Positions 1 through 10,586 of a DNA stretch of 64,000 nucleotides are shown piece by piece. Each line of letters starts with the position of its first letter. Within the stretch, counting starts at the first letter, position 1. The notes under the pieces are model-generated. The model searched no databases and was not told the origin of the DNA. It saw nothing but the letters and a program-made list of their open reading frames with translations. The translations under genes and the position numbers were made by a program. The DNA is from Klebsormidium nitens (lineage: Eukaryota > Plantae > Klebsormidiophyceae): positions 62,001 through 126,000 of the forward strand of contig DF236983.1 of assembly GCA_000708835.1 (NCBI GenBank). The letters are read 5' to 3'.

Positions 1-133
1 AGAATCTCCAGCCTATCTTGTGTTTGAACTCCTAGTCCGGTTGCATCCGGTACAACTCAGAACTTTTAAGTCCCTTGCCGTGTCGGGGTCCTTTTTCGTC
101 TTTTTACAATTCCTTTTCTTTGATTGTGCTCAG

Positions 134-3100
134 GTCTGTTCGTCATCCTGCTCTTGCTCTTCTCGGGCTTCCTCATCGTAAAGAACAAGATCCCCCCATG
201 GTGGTGAGTCCCAGCTCGTTTCTTTCTGTTTTTGTTTTTCCTTTCTTTTCTCCTTTACTTTCTTCCTTTCGTTTTTCTTTTTGATTCTCCCGCTTCCCTC
301 CTGATCAAAACGCGTTGAATGCCCTAACAATGAGCAGTCACGAAGTTTTTGGACTATTCAACACGCGAAAGAGGGAAGATGCCATGGTGCCTGCATTGCT
401 AATCCAGATTGTTTCAGCTGCCTGTCTTTCAGACACTGGCTTGCCTGACTGCACCCCAGTACCGCAGGAACCCGCGGAGCTGACGTCGCTGCTGACGTCT
501 TTTTCTCCATCGTATTTCCCACCCCCAGGATCTGGTTCTACTACATCAACCCGCTGCAGTACGCCTACACGTCGATCGTCCTCAACGAATTTCTCTCGGG
601 TACCTACGACTACCCCTGCAGCGATCCACGTGTCGACCTGGCAACCGCTTCTTTCTGCCGCGGCAAGCCGGACACGAGTGTTGCGGAAGCGTACTTGGCA
701 ATCTACAAGTTCCCCAAAGGTTTCGGCCAAGTCTGGCTGGGCATCGGCGTGCTGTTCGCGTTCTACGTCTTCTTCACGATCCTCACCTTCATTGCCATGG
801 AGAAAGTCAGGTGGGCTCATTGTGCTCGAGGGTTTGGCAGGGCTTTGACGCTCGACGTTCAAATACTCCGACGTTTTAACGCTAGCAGCAATTCAAGGGC
901 CCTTTCGAAGAGAATAGCGCACAATCTCAAACCTTCGGAGATTGATACAGGCGCTTCTGCTTTGCACCACCCAACTGAAGCCGCTTGGAAGTACTACTAG
1001 CCGCTATGGTAGCTCATGCGAAGGCACGAGAAGGCTTCTGCTCTGTCCAGCTTTACTTCCTTATCGCAGGCGGACCTAGTTTTTAGCAGATTGAGGAAAT
1101 AGAGCGAGCGGCATCGTACGTCAACTGATTCAACTCTCCGCGTAAATTCTCGTTTGCAGGTTCCCCGACCAGAAGAACCCCCCCGCGCTCGCACCCTCCC
1201 GGCAAAAGAAGATGGTGATGCAAACGAGGCCGCCCCCGAAGCCATCGAAGCCGCCCCGACTGCTTCGACAGTGCACTCTGGCAATGGCGCCAACGGCGCT
1301 ACAAACGGTCGGGAGATCGAAGTGAGCAACGGCGGTGATGTGGAGCTGGGCGAACTGCCTGCCGGGGCCAAGTCCCCGGTGAAGTCCTCCGGGCTGGCGT
1401 TCCTGCCCATTACGCTCTCCTTCCACGACATCGTGTACGAGGTAACTCTCCGACCCTTGGCTGCAAATTCTGACAAATTCTTGACAAATCTTGGCCAGGT
1501 AACCAAAGATGGAGGCGCGGCGGAGAAGAGAAAACTCGTAAACAGCACAAAGGTATCGGTGGCTCTGTGCTCGACTGTGAACCCCTCCAAACGTAAGGAG
1601 GCAGCAAGTGCGACCAGCCTCATCCCTGGATCTTGGGGGGTGCCCGCGAGTTTGAGGAGTTGTCTATCATTGATGAGCGTTTTCGTACTTAGGCTCCCCC
1701 TGTCCATTGAATCCACTCCAACGCTCCCCTCGGCCGAAGGCTTTGACGGCTGTCTGCAGACTGCATCGAGGCGGCCAGGTTTGACATACTCTGCGATTCT
1801 CCTTCAAGCCAACGGCTCTCGCACTGATCTCTTCGCCCCGGTTGTCCAGATCGACGTCCCGGGCGCGTCCGAGCCTCGCGTGCTGCTTAACTACGTGTCT
1901 GGTTACGCAAAACCGGGCACCATGACGGCGCTCATGGGCAGCTCGGGGGCGGGCAAGACGACTCTGCTGGACGTGCTGGCCGGGCGGAAGACAACCGGGC
2001 GGATCCGGGGGGACATCCTGATTAACGGCTACCCGAAAGTGCAGGAGACGTTCGCCCGGGTGATGGGGTAAGGTCACCGGGGGATCGTTTTTTACAGGAG
2101 TGCTCACTCGTCGGCACCTCTCAAACTTGTCCGCTGTATTCTGTTGCGAACGCGTTCTTTGGGAATTAGAACGCCGGCCTCCTTCAGTTTCCCAGTCGGA
2201 ATGCAAATATGTCTGAGCTTATGGAAACTCCCCCTTCTCTTCGGCTACTGCAGATTGCCGTTTCCATCATATCCACTTCCATCTCAAAGCCCACCTTAAA
2301 GTAGGATCCAGTTCTTTATGCTTCGGTCCAAAAGCCCGTTATTCGTAACCCCGTGACTCGTGACCCATACTCAAAATCGTAACCATGACCGTAACCTGTT
2401 ATCTGTAATCCGTAGAATCAAGATTCCTGATCCTGCGACCTTCCCAAGAGGTACTGCAAGCAGAACGACATCCACACGCCATACGCACCGTTCGAAGTCC
2501 CTTTACTGCTTTCACAAATCGCTCTTTTCGTGCCCTGAAAGCGTAATTCCAGTTTTAGCAATTCTTTTAATCCTCAAAATCTGCTGTTTTTCAGTTACTG
2601 CGAGCAGAACGACATCCTCACACCGTCCGCTTCCGTCTCAAAGCTTCATCCTAACCCACAACTCAGTCCCTTATGCCGAAAACCCAGTGTTTGCAGAACT
2701 TTAAGACCCTAACCCTGACACCCTAATCCTGCGAACTTTCTCCCCAGCCACCGCAAGCAGAACGACATCCACGCACCATCCGCTCTTGTCTCGAACCCCA
2801 CAACTCGTCCTTTTATGCCCTAACCCAAAACCCCTGAAACCCTAACCTTACCACCCTGTTTGATTTCAATTATTGCGAGCAGAACGACATCCACACGCCT
2901 TAACCGACCATGTTGAAAGCTAAGCCTTCCTCACGCCTCGCCCATGTCTAAGTTTCACATTGAACTCACAGACCTAAAAGCGCTAAACCCCTGAAAACTG
3001 TGTGTCCAGTTACTGCGAGCAGAACGACATCCACACGCCGTACGCGACAGTGTACGAGTCGCTCCTCTTCAGCGCGCACCTGCGGCTGCCGCGCACCACC

Positions 3101-6100
3101 ACCCCCGCGCAGCGCATCCAGTTCGTCAAGGAAGTGATGGACCTGCTGGAGCTGTGGCCCCAGGCGAACGATCTGGTGGGCTTCATCGGATCGGGGGGGC
3201 TCAGCGTCGAGCAGGCCAAGCGGCTCACCATCGGCGTGGAGCTGGTGAGGACACGTGGCGGCCTGTCGTTGGTTGCATGGGCGGAGTAGAGGTAGCAGTA
3301 TGAGCGTGGTAATTGGAATTTTGCAACGCGTATTGGAGTGGAATGAAGCAGACATGAAGTCCAAGGAGGTAGAATCACTTGCCTCCAGGGGTAACATATC
3401 GTGGGTGAGGTTACGGGTGTACTTTCGCTCGTAAAGAAGGACCTGTGAGAAGAGGCTCTGACCTGAGACCGGTGGGAAGACTGACGAGTTGGCGCTTTGT
3501 CTTGCAGGTATCGAACCCTTCCGTCCTTTTCCTCGGTAAGACCTTACTCTTAGCTTACAGCTTGCATCAGATGGCAGAAGCTTCTGAACAATCCGACATT
3601 GCGATGACGGACACCCAACATCAGAATCTCTTTACACTGCCTTCACCGCATGATAGGCTGTGTCGGTGCCTGGAATCCAGATGTCCGCGATCCGGAAAAA
3701 GGTTCTTGGTAGACTGCTTTCGTCTCCAGATAGTCGACTTGCAAATAATGGTGATTGCCTTGCTTATCCCGATTCTCAACCAATCTTTGTGTATTCGTCT
3801 TACTCGACCATTTACCTTTGAAGCCAAAGTTGCTCAGATTTTGTTGGAAGGTCATTCAGCCTGCCTCTTCACAGAAATCAGCGGTCACCGGTCTCGTGCC
3901 AATTTGACAGAGTCAAGGAGGGCCTTAGCCAAGCCTTCGCCAAACTTCATCAGACCAGCGGTAAGCTTTAAATCAAACCCTTGCAGATGAGCCCACGTCG
4001 GGGTTGGACAGCCGCGCCGCGCAGCGGGTCATCACGGGGATCCAGAACATCGTCTCGACTGGGCGCAGCGTTATCTGCACCATTCACCAGCCGAGCCGTC
4101 GCCTGTTCCTGGCCTTCGACAATCTGCTGCTTCTCAAGCGGGGAGGGGAAGTCGCTTTCTTTGGGGAGTTGGGCTTTGAGAGCAAGAACCTGCTGGTGAG
4201 AGGACAGACTGACGGTGCTTTTCTGTTGGGAGAGAGTCAACGGCACTTTCGTCCCTGCGCAACATATACATATTGAAGAGCTCCTCGCGAGAATACTCCG
4301 TTAGGAGCTATAACACAGTCGGTCGCTAAAAGCAGGAATGGTCGAGGTTGAGGAGCAGTCTAATTTCAGGAGCGGCGCGTTTCGCATATGAGTAGAGCTC
4401 ATTCGAAGGTTGGGTTAGCGTACTCTATTTGACACTGGTGCAGGCCTTGCAAGTCCTTTATACAAGCCAGGAAGCTCGGAACCGAGCCGCTAAACCGGAA
4501 CCTCAACAACGGAAAGAGCAGAAGGACCGCAGCACGTCTAGTGCCACCTTCCGTGTGATCCGGAACCTATTTTGAATATATGCTAGCTCACCACGTCGCC
4601 GCAATTCCCCGCAGGCGTACTTTGAGTCGCTGCCCGGCGTGCCCAAGTGCGGCGACCACCAGAACCCGGCCACGTACATGCTGGAGGTCATCGGCGCCGG
4701 CATCGGCCACGACGCGCTGCGCGACTTTGCGCTCGATTTCAAAAACAGGTAATGCGCATCTATAGTAGCGGCCCTGATGTACTCAGCAAAAATGACGTGC
4801 ACCCCGTGTCGGTCGTTGTTATGGTATCCACTGGTTATGCAGCAGTTCGCTGACGAAGCGGGCTTGACGGGCGTGACACGTCAAAGATGCCACATCTCGA
4901 GCCGCTTTTTGGGCACTCCGAGAGCTCATGCTGACGCAAGCCTGCCGGAGTACCAACGCCCGAGCCTACTCCTACTCTGATCTTTGGGCTCGTGGGTTGT
5001 CAAGCTGCCGCCATGGCTTTTCGCTGACAATGCTTCCAAAGGGCGACTCTGACATTGATTCGCGTGATGCATGCCATGTCACATCCAGATTGGCGTGCTG
5101 ACGTCTCTCTAAGTAACTCTGTGCTGACGTCATGTCCCCCCGTTCTGCAGCGAGTTGGCCGAGTTGAACTACGAGGAGCTGGAGCAGCTGCGGTGGTCCG
5201 CCGGGAAGGCTGGCCCCAACATCACGGAGAAGGGCTACGCGGCGGAGTGGGGCCTCATCGCGCGCCAGGTGCTGCTGCGCATGCAGACCACCTACTGGCG
5301 CAACGTCAGCTACGTGAGCACCGCTTTCTCTCGCGCCCCTAGTTTCGGTAGGGCCGCTCTTTCTCGCCTCGACTTTGTGTAGGGTCACTTTCTCATCAGA
5401 GTCGGCTGCGCACGCAGACCAACTATTGGGTAACGTCAGCTACATAAGCGCCGCGACCTCTATTAATGGCTTCAATTTTCAATCAGTGAATTATGCGTGA
5501 AGTTTGTTCCTAATGGATACAGAATTCGAGAGCAGGTTCGTACTGAATGCACTAGTTGTCATGCTGGGCAGTAGTTTCTTCCACTTGTAACCACCGAGTC
5601 TCAACGAAATCCATCAAAACCACTCGAGAACAGGTTCACAGGGACTATTCGGTCCTGTTGCTTCTCATTCCCGCAGAACTTCGGCCGCATCAAGTTTGCG
5701 TTCATCTTGGGCGGGTCGCTGAAAAGCATCAATACCTGTTTCAAATCGCTAACTCTCTTCTAAAGTTCAAACCCTAAACTCGTTCATTTTCCTATTTCCC
5801 GCAGAGCTTCGGCCGCATCATGTTCGCGATCATCCTTGGCGTGTTGCTGGGCAGCATCTTCTGGCTGGTCAAGTACGACACCGTGGCGGGCGTCGCCTCG
5901 CGCACCGGCATGATCTACATCTCCGTCGTCTTCTACTCGGTGAGGGGGATCCCTCTCTTATCTCCTTTCGTGCAGTGCCCTTCAAAATCGATCCCATACC
6001 GGGGTCTTCAGCCGAAATCGCGCACAGGAGCCGCCCTGCGTATTGGCGTGCTTTACATTTGATGCGTATGCCATTTGTCTCATATTGTTGATGTGGTCAT

Positions 6101-9100
6101 TTTCAAAGCTCGAGCGCGGTCGAGCGGCGTGCGGTCGAGCGGCGAGCCTCCTGTCCTTGAGGATGTTAGATCGTTCGATCTGCCACCTCAAAGCAAGTGC
6201 ATCGTTCCCGCTCCCTTCCGCGCGCAAGTTCGAGATTCAAACGGTTGCAAAGATGGACTGCCCTTACCTGAAAGACAGCGCAACGAACAGGAGGAAGGAC
6301 ACACTTTAGTCTGCGGCATGCTCACTGGTTGTTGTGTCGCTCCCCTTTGCCAGATCATCAACGCCAACAACGTCATTCCGCAAGTGAACGCGGAGCGGCC
6401 GCTGTTTTACCGCGAGAAGGCCGCACAAATGTACCCCAGCGCGCTCTACAGCATCTCGTGGGGCCTCGCTGAGGTGGGGACTCGACTTCGAGTTTCTTTG
6501 TAGCCCTACGGAATGTGAAAGATATTTGCGACTCGGATTGTTAAACCCTTCTTCATTGGAACGGGTTGAGGAGCCAGAGTTCGCGCCAAGAGTTCCTTTG
6601 TTCTTGTTACCTGTGCGTTTGCGCTTCTCGCCGCTCTTGTCAAGTGGTGTGAATGAATGCTCCGTCAGTACGTCGATCGTTTTGCGAGCACAGCGCCTCA
6701 AGACTTTTGCTAGGCAGCTCAGGATTCAATCTCGAGCATCCAAATCTCGCTTCGAAGCATGCAAACATTCTGAAGATGCATCTTATCGTCCTCTTCTTTG
6801 ACAAAGCATTTTGCACCCGCCTGAACGCAACAATGCTGGCCACACAAAGGTAACCCTTCAATTACCCCTCTGCTCCAAAGCAACGCTGCTTACGTAAGCC
6901 CATCTGCCAGATTTCAAATCAGAACCAACCTACAGAACCCCCCAGTCTCAGTGCGCGAAGTCAGTCGCTGGCAGGATCAAGACCTTGCTTTTATCCGCAC
7001 GGGGAGCACAACATGGTTAAGGTTAAACCCTTGTTAATTGCAAACCCTTTTCAACCCATTTTTGCAGATTCCGTACCTGGCGTTGTCCACGCTTATCTTC
7101 TGCGCCATCGCCATGAGCATGGTCGACGTGGCCATGAACAGCGCCTCCGACTTCTTCGCCTTCTGGTTCCTCTTCTTCGAATACGCAGCGTCCATCACCT
7201 TCTTTGGACTCATGCTCGCACATGCCACTCCAAATGCGGAGGTGAGAGTTTTGGATTACGGTGCAAAGCGGGTTGAGAAGTCGGTTTTTTTTAGTCGGTG
7301 AATTCTTGCTCCTCTTTCTTAATACGCAGCGTCGATTCCCGCCTTCGGCCTCCTGCTCGCACACGCCAGCAAATGTAAAGGTAAGAATTTCGGTTTACCA
7401 TTTCCCGGGTTAACTGGGTTCTGTTTCGGTTGGAGATCTCTTTGTCAGTCCGCAGCGTCCATTATTTGCTTCGCCCCTCATGCTCGCGCACGCCACGCCA
7501 AATGTTGAGGTGAGGCTTCCGGGTCATCGAAAAAGCGGTTCAAGAAGTGGGTTCCCTTCGGGTTGCTACTCCGTTTTCCTCTTTGCTGATACGAGGAGCG
7601 TCCATCACACTCTCACATTCCTGCTCGCGCACGCCACGCCCAATGCCGAAGTTAGGTCGTCGGGTTACGTGAGATCTGGTTCGTGAGTGTCCCACTTTTC
7701 GGTTTGTGAAGGCCGTGTCAGCCACTCGTGATGGTGGTTGGGAGCACTGGGCTTCGCGTCTGAGGTTTAAATGCTTGCGGATGAAAGGGTTTGACGAACA
7801 TGAAAGCAGACCTTGCTGATGCAACATAGCCATCGTTGTTGGATTCCTTGGTTGGAAGTGTGTCGCAACCGTTGAAGAAAAGAGTTATTGCAATCGGTCT
7901 GTAGGTTCTTCGTTTGAGCAATAATCTCGTTGTCCTGAGGCTTCCTGATTTTGATTGTTTAGAACTTGAGGCGTCGGCAATCCTTCCACTCGGCTCGAAC
8001 AATAGAATATCGACAGTTGCAGAGTCCGCCGGACTTGCGAGTCTTTTCAAACGCTCACGGACCACGTCGTTGCAGTGATGTACACCAGGGAGGCACTCTG
8101 ACTCTCTTTTCCTGTTTTTGTCTGCAGACGGCCTCTATCATCATTCCCCTCGTTATCAACGTCTGGTAAGACTCATACGCCAACTTGTGCGGAGTTCATC
8201 TAGGGCATGCTGAATTTTCCTTCTCGAGACTTTGCCCCGTTTTTGCTGCCGTTGGTCTAGTTGACTGGAGCTGTATGCTTCTTGGTTTTCGTCTCGCTTG
8301 CTGCCCGTAGCTTACGGGTATCCTTCTCTGATGCAGGAACATCGTCTCCGGTTTCATGATCCCCAAGAACAAGATCCCGGTCTTCTGGCGCTGGCTCTAC
8401 TATCTCAGTCCAACGGTAAGCCCCGACTCATACTACCCCCAGAGCGTTGGACGCAACTCTGATAACAAAAAGTCAATAGCTTCTGCTCACATCGTCTCAC
8501 CTGATGAAGACTTGTTCAGCGTCAAAAAAAAGAGAGGTCCGAGCCTGGCGGGCGATTCCGGTCCTTTACCCATCCAGTCACATATGCAATCCAGTTTGAT
8601 TTTACCCCCTCGACGACCTATCATCCCCAGGTGCTCTTCGAGCGCGGACTTGCCAGCTCTCTGACCGTAAACTCGGGCCACTCTCTTCCGAAGTTAGCCC
8701 ACCGAACCGCGAAGTCCCTTTCCAAGGGTGCCGTTTGCAAGGTCCACGACGCTGTCCTGCGTCTTCTGGAGCCGTCACTCAGGGCTGGAAGCGCGCGTTG
8801 CTTCAATAACTAAGTCTTTATTTCGTTACCCTTCCCTCTGTCTCGGCCTTCTCTCTCCACGTTCTTCTTCGCCGGGGGAGCTCACGCTTTAGAGGGCAGC
8901 TCAGTCATCGGGTCGATCTTGTAAATCCTTTGAATCTCCGCAATTCTACCCTCGCAGGCATACACCTTAAACGGCCTCCTCTCGGTTGCATTTCACTGCG
9001 ACACCTCCACGCCCGAGTGCTCGATCGCCGGGTGCAACAACAACCCTGCCGTCTGCCCCGCCTGCACGTGCCCGCGGATCACGGATCAGGGCAACGTCAT

Positions 9101-9242
9101 CGTCTGGAACAGTCTGACCTCCCGCCAGAGCCTCGACTACGGCCAGAGGTTCCGAGACATGGGCGTGTTGATCGTATTTATTCTGGCGTTCCGACTCGCC
9201 GCATACCTGGCCCTTGTGTTCATTAAGCACAACAAGCGGTAA
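134..9242 (+). CDS. Full-size ABCG/PDR-type ABC transporter, C-terminal half (end of TMD1, NBD2, TMD2); 5' part lies upstream of the window
   Basis: Exons by eye: 134-203, 529-810, 1160-1441, 1850-2067, 3010-3244, 3508-3535 (28-nt micro-exon), 3987-4195, 4615-4748, 5151-5313, 5805-5939, 6354-6473, 7068-7241, 8128-8165, 8337-8415, 8958-9242 (TAA). Motifs: Walker [32 protein letters not shown] signature [15 protein letters not shown], Walker [14 protein letters not shown]-loop [28 protein letters not shown]. One frame inconsistency at 810/1160 (see findings). Confidence 0.95.
2451..3060 (+). repeat. Degenerate ~140-bp tandem array: four intronic copies of the 3' splice site plus start of ABCG exon 3010
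   Basis: Core TACTGCGAGCAGAACGACATCCACACGCC of the true exon (3011) recurs at about 2452, 2596, 2749 and 2871; spacings 144/153/122/140 bp. Confidence 0.9.
5270..5455 (+). repeat. Intronic copy of the end of ABCG exon 5151-5313 and its donor site
   Basis: True GCTGCGCATGCAGACCACCTACTGGCGCAACGTCAGCTAC|GTGAGCACCGC versus copy at ~5405 GCTGCGCACGCAGACCAACTATTGGGGTAACGTCAGCTAC|ATAAGCGCCGC. Confidence 0.85.
5660..5845 (+). repeat. Intronic copy of the acceptor and start of ABCG exon 5805
   Basis: TTCCCGCAG|AACTTCGGCCGCATCAAGTTTGCG (5677) versus true TTCCCGCAG|AGCTTCGGCCGCATCATGTTCGCG (5805); 128 bp apart. Confidence 0.85.
7180..7665 (+). repeat. Degenerate ~140-bp tandem array: three intronic copies of the end of ABCG exon 7068-7241 plus donor
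   Basis: GCAGCGTCCATC...CATGCTCGCACATGCCACTCCAAATGCGGAG|GTGAG recurs at ~7322, ~7451 and ~7597, each ending in a GT (GTAAG, GTGAG, GTTAG). Confidence 0.9.
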
Positions 9243-10586
9243 AGATAGACACAAGGCAAAGATAAGCAAGCAGTCTGCTTGAACAAAGGTTTCATTTCTC
9301 GAGTGCACGACCCGAGAGACCAGGCCTTTTAATAAGATCGATAGGCAGCAAGCAGGTTTCGCAGAACGGTGCACGCAGACTAGCTTCTACTTGCATGTGG
9401 TAGTCTGATCAGATTCGCCGCTGTCAAACTGATTTTAGATTGCAGTTCAAACAGTGAAGGAAGCCCATCTTCGATCATGGGGAGACTATCTTGTACTTTT
9501 GAAACTCATATCGACAGGACTAAAACTTCACAAGTGCTGCCTAAAAGCAAGATTTATCAATCATCTTTCCTTTTTTAAGGATTTTGCGGGCTTGAAGTAT
9601 GATGCCGTACTATCTCTTCGGTGGATCGTCTGACAAGTCGGATTCGTCGACCTCAAATCTTACCGGGCGGCCCTGCCCGGCTGGTGTTTGCGAGCCTTCA
9701 GATTGTCTGAATTCAAGCTGGTATAGGCAGGGCTGACAAGCACGGCCTTTAAATTTTGGCACGTTGAGTCCTGCGGGTTCTTCATTTTGTCCTTTGATCG
9801 ATCGCGATCGATTGAACCCACCGTGCACGAAATTCATGGCAAGAGAACCATGCCCGTCCGCCATGTGAACATGTTCAGTCTAGCTTCCTTAGTAGCAAGT
9901 TCCCACCTAGCAACATGTGCGCGCAACTTAATTAAGGTGGATATCGCGGAGTTGGATATACTGCACGGCCAAATAGGGCCTGTATCTCCCGTTGTGGCTC
10001 ACCACTGTCCACTTCCAATGTGACTTTTATTTGGGGTCAGTATACAGGTTTATGCTTTTAAGAATCCATACTAACGTAGACGGAGCTAACGATATGACGA
10101 AAACTTTTATCCAGATCGACTGTCTGCAGCTACCGCTCGTCCGCATGTCGATCTATGTTGAACAATTTTAAAAGCTCGAGGATCCGACATGATCACGTCA
10201 ACCAGTATGCATGTTTATATACGCTATCCGGCACTGGCAATTCTATTCAAGCATGAGATTAGGGCTACCTAACGTAGCTAAACACCGTACTTTCTAACTG
10301 AAAGGTATCGCTGAAAGTGCCATTATTGTTGTTACTTTCCGCGGAGCTAGAGTGAGTGGCATGCTTAGGACTGTACCATGATATGTGATAAGATATCAAC
10401 TTCGTGTCAAGAACAAGATTGTGAAGCTGCGAGCTATATCCTCCATGATTCAGCGACCAACGGGCATGAAAAGATGGGAGTTAGGGCTCTTGATGCGCTG
10501 TGAAGAAGCAACAAATTCTGAAATCTGCAGGTGTTAATCGCATTGTTTTATATTGCATGACTAGCTGCTCCAATGCTGCTGATTGC

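Noticed and set aside
2451-3040. Regularly spaced ~29-bp repeats with ~110-bp spacers resembling a CRISPR array
   Set aside because: The repeat is the start of the adjacent ABCG exon, the units are degenerate along their whole length, the context is a eukaryotic intron, and no cas genes are present.
6015-6060. Possible further donor-side echo (SRTG...GVLYI versus SRTGMIYI) after ABCG exon 5805-5939
   Set aside because: Only two short patches with an insertion between them; suggestive but too weak to count.
10050-10150. Faint similarity to 25085-25220 suggesting a dispersed repeat
   Set aside because: Matches are short and gapped, within what could arise by chance when aligning by eye.
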